From Mobula birostris (lineage: Eukaryota): 64,000 nucleotides of DNA. Below are positions 1-11,670 of this stretch, piece by piece (positions within the stretch are counted from its first letter, which is position 1; the number at the start of each line of letters is the position of its first letter). The translations under genes and the position numbers were made by a program. The stretch lies in NCBI RefSeq assembly GCF_030028105.1, contig NC_092389.1, positions 19,579,180 to 19,643,179 on the forward strand. Reading direction: 5' to 3'. The notes beneath the pieces were generated by a model. That model had not been told where the DNA came from and did not search any database. It saw only the letters and a program-made list of their open reading frames with translations.

Positions 1-454
1 TCTGGTGCAAAAAAAATATGCCCAGGGATTAAAGTTTATAAAGATGCAAGAAAGCTGCTGATCACTTAAGGGAAATTATGCAGTGCTGCATATGGAAAAT
101 AGTGAAGGTACAGCAAACATTCTGGGATACTGTGCACACAAAGCTGGTGATGGTAATGGCTTCATGGTGTTCTGTTACAGGAGGCTTGGTGGAGTAAGAT
201 GCATTGATGTTGCTGAGTTTGGAGTTAGAACACAAACACAGAACATAGAACAGTACAGTATGGGAACAGACCCTTTGGCACTCAACGTTTTGCCAAACTA
301 ATTAAATTAGTAATAAAATGTCCATCTCTGCTAATCTCTTCTGCCTGCACAATGTCCATATCTTTCCATAGAGAGAAATAAAGAGTCAACATTTCAGGCT
401 GAGATCCTTATCGGGAGAAGCCTTTCCAGTCCTGATGAAGGGTTTCACCCCAAA

Positions 455-975
455 ACATAGAAACATAGAAATCTAGAAAGCCTACAGCACAACACAGGCC
501 CTTCGGCCCACAATGCTGTGCCGAACATGTACTTACTTTAGAAATTACCTAGGGTTACCCATAGCCCTCTATTTTTCTAAGCTCCAGGAGTCTCTTAAAA
601 GACCTTATCATATCTGCCTCCACCACTGTCGCCGGCAGCCCATTCCATGCACTCACCACTCTCTGCGTAAAAAAAACTTACCCCTGACATTTCCTCTGTA
701 CCTACTTCCAAGCACCTTAAAACTGTGCCCTTTCATGTTAGCCATTTCAGCCCTGGAGAAAAAGCCTCTGACTATACACACATTGACTTTTTATTCCTCT
801 CCATCGTTCCTCTGGCATTTCCTGTGTGTTACTCTAGATTTTCAGCACCTACAAAATCTCTTGTGCTCATATCCTTCCATATTCTGCACATTCACATGCC
901 TATCCAAGAGCTTCTTTAATGCCTCTATCATATTTACCTTCACCAGTATGCTAGGCAGCAGATTCCAGGCACTTA
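455..975 (-). mobile_element. CR1-type LINE 3' remnants
   Basis: Starts with the (AACATAGA)n complement of the CR1 tail and resembles the 3' end at 17785+. The older part resumes at about 2545 after the Rex1 insertion. Confidence 0.75.
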
Positions 976-976
976 C

Positions 977-2539
977 ATAGTCATAGTCATAGTCATACTT
1001 TATTGATCCCGGGGGAAATTGGTTTTCGTTACAGTTGCCCCATAAATAATAAATAGTAATAGAACCATAAATAGTTAAATAGTAATATGTAAATTATGCC
1101 AGTAAATTATGAAATAAGTCCAGGACCAGCCTATCGGCTCAGAGTGTCTGACCCTCCAAGGGAGGAGTTGTAAAGTTTGATGGCCACAGGCAGGAATGAC
1201 TTCCTATGACGCTCTGTGTTGCATCTCGGAGGAATGAGTCTCTGGCTGAATGTACTCCTGTGCCCAACCAGTACATTATGTAGTGGATGGGAGACATTGA
1301 CCAAGATGGCATGCAACTTGGACAGCATCCTCTTTTCAGACACCACCGTCAGAGAGTCCAGTTCCATCCCCACAACATCACTGGCCTTACGAATGAGTTT
1401 GTTGATTCTGTTGGTGTCTGCTACCCTCAGCCTGCTGCCCCAGCACACAACAGCAAACATGATAGCACTGGCCACCACAGCCTCGTAGAACATCCTCAGC
1501 ATTGTCCGGCAGATGTTAAAGGACCTCAGTCTCCTCAGGAAATAGAGACGGCTCTGACCCTTCTTGTAGACAGCCTCAGTGTTCTTAGACTAGTCCGGTT
1601 TATTGTCAATTCGTATCCCCAGATATTTGTAATCCTCCACCATGTCCACACTGACCCCCTGCATGGAAACAGAGGTCACCGGTACCTTAGCTCTCCTCAG
1701 GTCTACCACCAGCTCCTTAGTCTTTTTCACATTAAGCTGCAGATAATTCTGCTTACACCATGTGACAAAGTTTCCTACCGTAGCCCTGTACTCAACCTCA
1801 TCTCCCTTGCTGATGCATCCAACTATGGCAGAGTCATCAGAAAACTTCTGAAGATGACAAGACTCTGTGCAGTAGTTGAAGTCCGAGGTGTAAATGGTGA
1901 AGAGAAAGGGAGACAAGACAGTCCCCTGTGGAGCCCCAGTGCTGCTGATCACTCTGTCGGACACACAGTGTTGCAAGCACACGTACTGTGGTCTGCCAGT
2001 CAGGTAAATGAGAATCCATGATACCAGGGAAGCATCCACCTGCATCGCTGTCAGCTTCTCCCCCAGCAGAGCAGGGCGGATGGTGTTGAACACACTGGAG
2101 AAGTCAAAAAACATGACCCTCACAGTGCTCGCTGGCTTGTCCAGGTGGGCGTAGACACGGTTCAGCAGGTAGACGATGGCATCCTCAACTCCTAGTTGGG
2201 GCTGGTAGGCGAACTGGAGGGGATCTAAGTGTGGCCTGACCATAGGCCGGAGCAGCTCCAGAACAAGTCTCTCCAGGGTCTTCATGATGTGGGAGGTCAA
2301 TGCCACCGGTCTGTAGTCATTGAGGCCGCTGGGGCGCAGCGTCTTCGGCACAGGGACGAGGCAGGACGTCTTCCACAGCACAGGAACCCTCCGTAGCCTC
2401 AGGCTCATGTTGAATACATGGCGACGTACTCCACATAGCTGAGGGGCACAGGCTTTGAGCACCCTGGTACTGACACCATCCGGTCCTGCAGCCTTGCTTG
2501 GGTTGAGACGTTTCAGCTGTCTTCTCACCTGTTCTCACC
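977..2539 (-). mobile_element. 5'-truncated Rex1/Babar-type LINE (RT ORF, frameshifted)
   Basis: ORFs 1590..2528 (KAAGPDG, YRPVALTS, FFDFSSVFNTI, PQGTVLSP, KFSDD) and 1131..1502. (CTATGA)n tail at 977-997. CTTAC TSD at 972-976 and 2540-2544. Confidence 0.92.
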
Positions 2540-3211
2540 CTTACCACTCTGTATCAAAACTTGCCCCGCACATCTCCTCTGATCGGACTTCCTCTCACCT
2601 TAAATGCATGTCATCTGGCTGACGTTACTGATTCCTATAATGCTTCTCTTGCAATGATTAGATAGTGACACCATTTCAAGACTCTTGTTAGTCAAATGAC
2701 GCACTGAAGTTCTATGATCTACTGCAAAAAACAATCTGCTGGAAGAAATGATCAGGTCCTGATGTCGGATCTTGATCCGAAATGTCAACAATTTCTTCCC
2801 CTCCACCCTCCCTCCCAGATTCTGCTCAATCTGCTGAGATCCTCCAGCAGATTGTTTGTTGCTCCAGATTCTAGCATCTGCCATTTCTTGTGGCTCTACC
2901 ATCTAGTTCTATGTTCTGCTTGTGTAGTTTACAATCTACGGCACGAATAATGCATTTTCCAGTCTCAGGTAACCCACACCCCTGATATGCTCTTCCCACA
3001 CACAGCACTCCACCTAGTTTTCTTCTCCATTTGTTCATCCCTCCCCACCTGGTTCCATCTACCCAACATTCTCTCCCCATCTGGCTTAACATATCATCAA
3101 AGAGCTTCAACCTCCACACTGGCAATTCTTCCGGTTCCCTTTCAGTCCCAATGCAGCATCTCGACAGTCCAGGGGTTGCAAATTCCAAGGAAACCTTTTT
3201 ATAAATCCTCT

Positions 3212-3522
3212 ATGAAGATTAGCTTTATGTACATGTACATCAAACACATCAAAACATACAGTGAAATACGTTTTTTCGCATCAGCAACCAAGACAGTTCA
3301 AGGATGTGCTGGGAGCAGCCCGCAAATGACACCGTGCTTCCAGTGCCAACATAGCATGCCTACAACTCACTAACCCCATAAGTCTTTGGACTGTGGGAGA
3401 AAACTGAAGCACCCAGAGGAAACCCACACGGTCACAGGGAGAACGTGCAAACTCCTTACGGACAGCGGTGGAATTGAACACTGATTGCTGGTGCCGTAAG
3501 GTATTCCACTAACTGCTACACA
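3212..3522 (-). mobile_element. HE1/V-SINE-like tRNA-derived SINE
   Basis: Reverse complement shows a tRNA-like head with a GTTCAATTCC B box and the V-domain-like core GTGTGGGTTTCCTCTGGGTGCTTCAGTTTTCTCCCACAG. Confidence 0.75.
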
Positions 3523-4544
3523 AATGTGCCGCCACTTTCTCCTCCTTGAGCTTCTTTTCCTCATCCTTTTTCATCTTCTGAAGGTCCATTCATGTTAAAG
3601 TGTTAAAATATGAAGCAAACATGTTGATGTTCTTTTTCCCCTTCCAGGAATGCACAGCAGCAACCCTCCCTCTGGTCCAAACAACAATTCTTAAATTGGT
3701 AACCATGGAGATGGCATAAAGCTCACTAAAGGAAAGCTTTGTTACTTTGTTGGAGTTTTCTTGCTGGACAACACACTTACCATTGGACAACTGCAGCCTT
3801 GTCAGCATCTTTCTGTTCTCAAACATGCTGGGGTTATTTCTGGAGCCCACAAGACTATCTGACTGTCATTTACATTTCTCAGCACTGCTGGGAATTTTGC
3901 CAGTTGGAATAATGTGCCCATCTGATCACTGAATGTATTGTAATGAGAAGTCATGAAGATTATCCCTGCTGAATGGCAAGTTTCCCCAGCCAAACTTTCT
4001 GTGTGTCAATTTGGAAGGAATCCTCTCCCAAATATCTCAAATCCTATCTTAAGCCTAAAAGATATATTTTAAAAAATCTGTAGGTTGTGGAAATCTGAAA
4101 TAAAACCAAAAGTGCTGGAAAAACTCAGGGAAACTAGTAAAAGAATATCAATCTGGAAAATTGACTCCACAGATGCCGCCTGACCAGCTGAATATTTTCA
4201 GTATCTATTAATTTGCCTGCAATTACACTTACTAAGCTGATACTCTAGGTAATCTGCAAACATTATTTTTGTTATTGTTGTAGAATATAAGTTTAAAAGT
4301 TAGATAAACTGAGATTAACAAAACAAGGGTTCCTCTCCTAATTCAGGCAATGCAACAAACTGGAAGAAAGTTACTAACATAAAGCAAGCTTATGAACACG
4401 AAGCTGTGAGATGTATAAATCCATTCTCAATGGTTAGCTGTTGAACTTTCTACAGACAGGAACAGCTGTAACTTTTGTCAGGGTTGGTAAAGAAAGAGAG
4501 CATGATAACTTAGATCAAGGCCAAGATGATTTTCCCCTTGACTT

Positions 4545-4745
4545 TTCCCCACCCACAGGGTTTCACTTATCACCTTCTAGCTTGTCCACCTTCCCCCTCC
4601 CCCCACTTTTTTATTCGGGTGTCTTTTCCCCTTCCTTTCCAGTCCTGAAGGAGGATCCCGGCCCAAAGTGTTGACTGTTTATTCATTATCATAGATGCTG
4701 CCTGGCCTGCTGAGTTCCTCCAACATTGTGTGTGTGTTGCTCAAG
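4545..4745 (+). mobile_element. Penelope-like element 3' end with decayed hammerhead motif
   Basis: Pyrimidine-rich tract, then agtcCTGAAGG...CCCAAAG, then the family sequence GATGCTGCCTGGCCTGCTGAGTTCCTCC. Confidence 0.7.
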
Positions 4746-6044
4746 ATGAAAGAAGATTGGTTAAACAACGGTGGTAATAACCACATTGTTAACACTATGC
4801 CAAGTTATATATATTTATGCAATCCAATTGTGTTTGTTGGTACACTTGAAAATGTCATTAATTATATCAGCTATTCTGAAAGTGTGATTTGAATGAAAAA
4901 TGATCTGCTAGTAATTATGTGACTTTGTTACTGGATTTTTATTGAACGAGGCTACAAAATATCAAAGGATTAACGCAGCAGGACCTTCTATTCTGCTTAT
5001 ATGCCCTTTGCAATTTGTCAGTACAGTACCCTGAGTTCATGTTAATAACATGATGATATTTCAATTCAAGAATCCATATAATTCTCTAGCTCTTCTGTTT
5101 AATTTTTACAATAAGAAATGAAGATAGCAGCTCTGAAGTTATAGAATCACCCAGAGCTTTTAACTAAGTTAACTACAGTATTTTTTTCATCAATAATTTT
5201 AATTGGCTGAAAATAAGCTTCGTTTTAGAAACTAAATCTGACTGACTACTACACTCCAACTCTATCTTCTTTTAGAAATTGTTCTTCTTTGTCGGTGTTA
5301 CATGACTTTATGCAATACGTTACAATACTGCGGAGGTAGTTACCATATCAAGTGATTTTTGTATATTTTCTGACTAATGGACAAATCGACTTAAGGACTT
5401 CTATAGAAACGGACCACGTTCATTACCCAGGGATGGCGTGTATTCATACTTTTTATCAATAACGTGAAAAAATATTTGACGTCTCTTTTGTGCATCCTAC
5501 TTGGAGAATGTATGTGGTTCAAGTTTGAGGTTTGTTTTTCTCAGAGCTCAATTTGTTATAAATGAGCTTTTATTTCTGAGGTAAGCACAGCAGAAATACG
5601 CTGACACCAGTTTCAGGAAGTTTTGCGGTAATTCTCAGACACAATGATTAGGATCAACTCCTCAGTTACAATTAGAACTTTGGATCTTGGAAAAGACATA
5701 AATTAGCATTTGAGAGATTTGGTGGATGTGAAATGCATTAATCAAATTGGATACACATTACAAATATGTTAGTCAAAATGTACTTTTCTAATATATTTTC
5801 ATCTCGTTAAAATTTCAGTCAGCATGAAATATGTTGTGTAAAAATACAATGACCACATTAAATAATAATTCATACCTCAGCTCAGTCGATACATTTACCG
5901 GATCTGGAGAAAGAAACATACATATAATTTAGAATCTCTTAATTTCCAGCAAACTCAGATTTCGATACATATCTTAACAGTTATAACTATTAGACCATTC
6001 ATTCCTGACATACCATCAATAGACATTGTTTGCTCCCTCAGCAG

Positions 6045-6535
6045 AGAGTATCAGCATGGCATGGTTTGTAATACTCTGAATCAGAAGATTGTGGGTTTGC
6101 AGCACTTTCCAGAAACCTTTGCACAAAAGGGTAGGCAGACACTTTAGTGCAATGCTAAAACCGCGCACAACTCTATGAGGTGCCTTCTTTCAGATGAGGC
6201 ATTACATTAGGCCCTTGTTTTTATTGACTTATATGGACTTACCATTCTTTTATGTAGAAGGAAAGGTATCCTTGGTCTCTTGACCGTGTTTATTCTTCAT
6301 TCAACATATTCAAATATAAACTAACTGGCCATTATCACTTTGCTGTTTTTTGGTGAAAAATCACTTATCTCTATTTCCCTCCTCACAGATGCAGCCTGCC
6401 ATGTTGAGTATCCTCTGCATTTTATGTCCTTATATCACTTTGCTGTTTGGGCGATCCTGTAGTGAATAAGTTAGCCGCCATGTCCTGTGACTACATTTCT
6501 CAAGTACCTCACTGGTTCTAAAGCAGTTTGAGATT
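6045..6535 (+). mobile_element. Old DeuSINE (SacSINE1-like), interrupted by an 84-bp insert
   Basis: Recognised by resemblance: head CTCTGAATCAGAAGATTGTGGGTTTG, GGTGCCTTCTTTCAGATGAG, ATTATCACTTTGCTGTTT, GTGACTACA. Insert 6349-6432 sits between two 16-bp direct repeats. Confidence 0.65.
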
Positions 6536-7029
6536 TTGTTAGGCAACACTTCCTATACTTCTCTAACTAAACAATATCACTTGGTTTCCCTTACAGCACC
6601 TAGCGGGAAAATTCCACTTTCTGCTAAAGTCAAAGCACTTCAAATTCTGTTCTGGCTCAGTATTCCAAAAGAGAATGCAATCATCAAATCCTTCAGATTT
6701 AGGAGTTGCAAGTACCTTGAATGAAGCCAGCATAACTGTTCAGAAAATATGTTCCTCCCTATAATAAGCAATGCTAAAATTAAGTTCTCTTTTAACACTT
6801 CTTCCATTCTGACCTCTTGAACAGGACAGAATAGTTTAATTATCTCATCAATGACAGACATGCCTTTAGGTCATCCTAAGTCCCTCAATTCTGAATGTCC
6901 CCTCCTAAATCTCTCTACGTAGTTGTGTCTCTCTCTTAAGCCATTTAATAACAACTACCTCTTTGCCATTGATTTTATGTGTCTGTCCAAATGTACCTTC
7001 GTGCCAAATTTTATTTTATGCATATTTTA

Positions 7030-7480
7030 TGCATTTAGCGATACAGCGTGGTGTAGGCCTACCGGGCCATCATGTCGTGCTATTCCAGCAACCCCAATTA
7101 ATCCTAACCTAATCACAGGACAATGTACAATGACCAATTAACTTACTCGAGCTGACCGGTGGTATAGTGGCATCAGCGCCAGACTTGGAGGCGAGTGGTC
7201 CCGGGTTCGAATCTGCTGCTGGCTCGAGCCAGCAACTCAGCCTCATAAAAAACAGACAAAATGATAAAGAAATGGCGAGACTGCCACCTGATGCGCCACA
7301 AGGCGTGGAGAGGAATAACGTAACAATTAACCTACTCAGTATATCTTGGAATGTGGGAGGAAACTGGAGCACCCGGGAAAACCACGGGGAGGACGTACAG
7401 AGACTCCTTACAGAACGGCGCCGGAATTGAACTCCAAACTCCGGAATGCCCCGAGCTGTAATAGCATCGTTTGATAACAT
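7030..7480 (-). mobile_element. HE1/V-SINE-like SINE hosting a nested SINE
   Basis: Same V-domain-like core as 3212-3522 on the minus strand, split at 7149-7323. Confidence 0.75.
7149..7323 (+). mobile_element. 175-bp tRNA-derived SINE with 14-bp TSD (copy 2 at 23761-23935)
   Basis: A box TGGTATAGTGG, B box GGTTCGAATC. Flanked by CAATTAACTTACTC (7135-7148) and CAATTAACCTACTC (7324-7337). Confidence 0.85.
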
Positions 7481-8709
7481 CCCTGAGAAGTGGTTTGGAA
7501 TATTTTCTGGATATTAAGTTTGTGAATAAAATATAGATAATGTGTACTATTTTAGAAGCTTAGCCCTACATAAAGCACGACTGAAGGCAATTCCATCATA
7601 ATGACAGATTCAAAGTATTATGGAGATAATCAAAATTTTTGTTGAAACATCTTTTATAAGTAAGCATTTCAAAAAAACAATGAATCAATCAATACAAATG
7701 GCATCAAGAGTTTAAACTATACACTTCGTGTAACTCCTTGAGTGGCAGCAACACGTTCCTTTTAATCTCTTCTTTGAGTTTTGCATCATACCTTAAGAAC
7801 CAAAATCAATTCGTAGCCTTCACAATTTTAGTAAACGCAATACTTGTTATGATTAATCTCCTCTCATAATTTAAACCTAGGGGTCTAGATGCCATTCTGA
7901 TAAAGTTGCATGTCATTTCATCTAATGTTGTAACGTGCATGTCTTTGATCATAAGCAATATATGTTGTTTTAATATTACTAAATTTTATAGCATGTGACT
8001 AACAGCTCTCTGGATTGTAATGGTAACTATATTAAGTTCCAGAGAGAAACTCTTGAGGAATCCTTGAATAAAAGTCAAACCTTGATCTCTATATGTACCA
8101 TGGGCATTTATCTGCATGTTTTGCAAATGGACTTCGTTGGTCGTTAAGAATCTATAGAGAACTCATACTACACAAAGGGAATTTAGGAGTGTTCCCCAAG
8201 ATCTGTTCAAAGTGCTCCTGGTATCTAATCACATCTTTATATAGCTGAGGCATAACTTCTACCCCACTGGATTCTGCATATAAAAAAATTACATCCAATC
8301 AGCTTTCTGATTGCTTTCTGTACCTGATTGTGACACTTTACTGAACATAAAGCCCCAACTTTCTTCTTCATCGGAAGTTCTCCATTTGAGGTCATTCAGG
8401 TACAAAACAATAGCTTTATCTCAGTGTAAATTGAAATCCATTTGCCACATTTATAAAATACAATCTCCAACATGGATGCAGACCCAGCATGGTTGAACAT
8501 TGGGATTCAGACTTACTAAAATAAAAAAATGAAGCCAAAAAGTGAAAAAAAATCAGTAGGTACCTGTTTACCATCTAAGCATATTTACATTTTAGACTTT
8601 TAGATGCCATTATACAAATGCTAGTTTCAATCTTCCAAAGTGTACTTTAATTACCATGAAATACTTATTATCTTTGTAGTCTGTTCGGATTTATTCAGGA
8701 CTTATGGAA

Positions 8710-8864
8710 TTATGTGAATATAGGAGTTATTAATTCAAATGAGAACCAGTCCTCAGGAAATGCAATCTGTCCACAAGCTTCCATTGATATTTTGTGGCCC
8801 ATGGCACCAGCTATGGGGTTAGGGTCATGGTCATAGGGATATTCTAATTCTGTCCCGTTTAAAA
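8710..8864 (-). CDS. Second copy of the candidate terminal exon
   Basis: Matches 25322-25476 at offset 16612; AATAAA at 8695-8690. Confidence 0.25.
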
Positions 8865-9690
8865 CTATGCAGGGGAAGACAACAGATGAACTGGTGATCA
8901 TGGAAAACTTCAGAATGAGATCAGGAAGGCATTAAGGTCCATGTATAGGATTTTCAAGCAATGGCTGCAATAATCTATGTTTTTCTCTTTAAGATATTAA
9001 TTATGGTACATAAGGACATGAATCATAATTGTATGTTTAACACATGAAAAGGCTATTTGATGAAATTATTTCTCTTTCAGCACACTGCCACAAATACTGT
9101 ATGTAAGATTACTCATTCCATTATGGAATTTTGAAGGGTACTTCACAGTATCAAGAAGCAATCAGTCCAACAGGCTTGGAGAGTGGGCAAAGTTTCCACC
9201 ATCTGCTACAGTTAACTAGAGCATGGAGGGATGTTCTGCTCAAAGAAACTTTGATAACTGTCTAACAGCATCGGCACTGGCTTAGCTGCCTTCTGACTCT
9301 AGTTTCTGCCATTTTTAATGTACTGTATCCCAGATTTGTTGCAAGAGCGCACGAGTCAAACCAAAAAATTCAGTCAATAACAATTTTACTGTGAATGATG
9401 ATGAAAGGCTGTGCAGAGCTTCCAGACAACACCCATGAGCACTTTAAAATATTACTACTGAATCTTTAATACTGCCTGTATTTGTGGAATAGACAAACCA
9501 AGTGTTCTTTTATAGTTTCTCTAGCAACACTATGCATAATGCCCTACTTATTAATTGTAAGTTAAAATTGGCCTGGTTAGTATTAATCTCAACCCTATAG
9601 CAATAAGAGAGATCTGATATAAATATACCCTGATGCATTTGTGGTAAAGTAATGTGCAGAACTGAATACAAGCACAAATATGTTTTCAAA

Positions 9691-10099
9691 CCACAAGCAA
9701 GAGAAAATCTGCAGATGCTAGAAATCCGAGCAACACACACAAAATGCTGAAAGAACTCAGCAGGCCAGGCAGTATCTACGGAAAAAAGTACAGTCGCCGT
9801 TTCAGGCCGAAACCCTGCACCTCAGTGAGACTCGCCATAGATCAGGAGACCGCTTTGCCGAGCATCTATGCCAGAACAAGCAGGATCTCCCAGTAGTCAA
9901 CCATTTCAATTCGACTTCACATTCCCATTCTGATATGTCCATCCATGGCCTCCTCCACTGTCGTGATGACAGTCCTGACGAAGGGTTCCGGCCCGAAACG
10001 TCGACCAATCTTTTCCACGGATGCTGCCCGACCTGCTGAGTTCCTCCAGCACGTTGTGAGTGTTGCTTTGACCCCAGCATCTGCAGATTATTTTGTGTG
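9691..10099 (+). mobile_element. Penelope-like module: GIY-YIG fragment between inverted terminal-repeat arms
   Basis: 9820-9965 is a decayed GETR..GDRFAEHL..DLPV..HFN GIY-YIG segment, the same family as 58264..58533. Arms at about 9695-9816 and 9982-10099 are reverse complements. Confidence 0.8.
9971..10005 (+). ncRNA. Minimal type-I hammerhead ribozyme motif, core intact
   Basis: aGTC-CTGACGA-A-GGG ttccgg CCC-GAAA-CG-TC-GAC: conserved core, stem II, palindromic stem III, GUC cleavage triplet, and GTC/GAC stem I. Confidence 0.75.
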
Positions 10100-10199
10100 A
10101 TGAAGCTAAATATAGGTTTGTGGAACAACACCTTATATTCTGTTTGGGTATATAACATCTTGGTGGAACATATATTCCGTTTGGGTATATAACTCCATT

Positions 10200-10460
10200 T
10201 TCCATCCCTTTTTTCCCTCCCTATCTCACCTCATCTCACCAATCAACTTCCCAGCTCTTCACTTCATTCCACCCCACCCCAATCCAGGTTTCACCTATCA
10301 CCTGGCATTTCTCTCTCCCATCCTCCCACCTTTTAAAACTACTCATCTTTTTTTTTTCTCCAGTCCTGCCGAAGGGTTTCGGTCCAAAACGTCAACTGTA
10401 CTTTTTTCCATAGATGCTGCCTGGCCTGCTGAGTTCCTCCAGCAGTTTGTGCGTTTTGCT
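10200..10460 (+). mobile_element. Penelope-like 3' end with decayed hammerhead motif
   Basis: Pyrimidine tract, then agtcCTGCCGAAGGGTTTCGGTCCAAAACGTCAACT, then the family terminal sequence. Confidence 0.7.
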
Positions 10461-10529
10461 ACAACAAATGTTTCATTACCCAGAGACACATTTTCTCCAT
10501 CTTGCTGAATTTTTGAAAAAGTCTCCAAA

Positions 10530-11440
10530 TATCCATGGCTTATACTTCAATGTCATTCTGTGTGTGCTGCTTTGTTGCCTCATGGATGTGTGCTTAGCCC
10601 ACTGCTCTACTCTCTACACTCATGACTGTGTGGCTAAGGACAGTTCAAGTACCACCTACAAATTTGCTGATGGCACCACCATTATGGGTGGAATCTCAGT
10701 TCATGATGAAAAATTGTATAGAAGAGATCTCTCTGGTTGAATAGATCAGCTGGTTGAATGATGTTGGAACAACAACTTCTTACTCAACAACAGAAAGACC
10801 AAAAAATTGATTGTGGACCTCAGTAAGGGTCAGTTAGAAGAACACACACCAGTCCTCATTGAGGGGTCAGTGCTGGGAAGGATGAGCAGCTACAAGTTCC
10901 TGGGTGTCAACATCTCCAAGAATCTATCCTGGGCTCAGCACATTCATACAATCATGGAGAAGGCACACCAATGGCTTTACCTCATAGATTTTGTATATCA
11001 TTGAAGACTTCTACAAATTACTAAAGATATACAGTGGAGAGCATTCTGACTGGTTGTATCACAGCTTGGTACAGAAACACCAATGCACAGGATTGCAAGA
11101 GGAGTATATCACGGGCAGAACCTCCCCCACCATCGTGGAGACCTTCAAGAGGCAGTACCTCAAGAGGCTGAATCCATCATTAAGGACCTTCAACATTTGG
11201 GACATGTCCTCATCTTGTTTCTACCATCAGGATGGAGGAAACAGCCTGAAGATCCACAACCAAGAATTAGGAAGAGCTTCTGCCCCTTCTACTCAGATTT
11301 CTAAATAGTCCATGAGCATTAATTAATTACTTCCTTTTTCTTACTTTTTTTTAATTGATAGTAATTTAAAGCTTTGCACTGTACTGCTGCCACAAAAATT
11401 ACACGTGTCAGTGATAAGAAACCTGAATCTGATGCTGAAG
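10530..11440 (+). mobile_element. Degenerate Rex1-like LINE 3' part
   Basis: YKFADGTTIMG (YADD-derived motif), IVDL and SYKFLGV in ORFs 10414..10740 and 10807..11004, with many frameshifts. Confidence 0.75.
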
Positions 11441-11459
11441 TACAGGAAGCATTACATGA

Positions 11460-11670
11460 TCACAAATACAAAAGATTCTGCAGATGCTGGAAATCCAAAG
11501 CAACACACACAAAATGCTGGAGGAACTCAGCACCTATAGAAATGAATAAACAGTCAACCTTTCAGACCGAGACCCTTCTTCAGGACTGAAAATGAAGGGG
11601 AAGATCCCAGAATAAAAAGATGCGGGGGTAGGGAAAGGTGGTGATAGGAGAAGCCAGGTGGGTAGATTAC
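11460..11670 (-). mobile_element. Penelope-like 3' end, antisense
   Basis: CACAAAATGCTGGAGGAACTCAGC family sequence, a decayed hammerhead on the minus strand at about 11550-11588, and a purine-rich tract. Confidence 0.7.

Noticed and set aside
1287-2021. Long + strand ORFs over LINEs (also 513..980, 17904..18476, 54644..55192, 55354..55758)
   Set aside because: They are antisense shadows of RT coding sequence.
3781-3858. 78-nt phase 1-1 candidate exon with a perfect GTAAGT donor
   Set aside because: The acceptor has almost no polypyrimidine tract and the peptide is uninformative.
6595-6735. 141-nt phase 1-1 open candidate exon on the minus strand (MLASFKVLATPK...; copy at 23207-23347)
   Set aside because: It has plausible splice sites but no recognisable motif, and it lies beyond the candidate terminal exon. 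An open frame this long can arise by chance. It needs RNA evidence.
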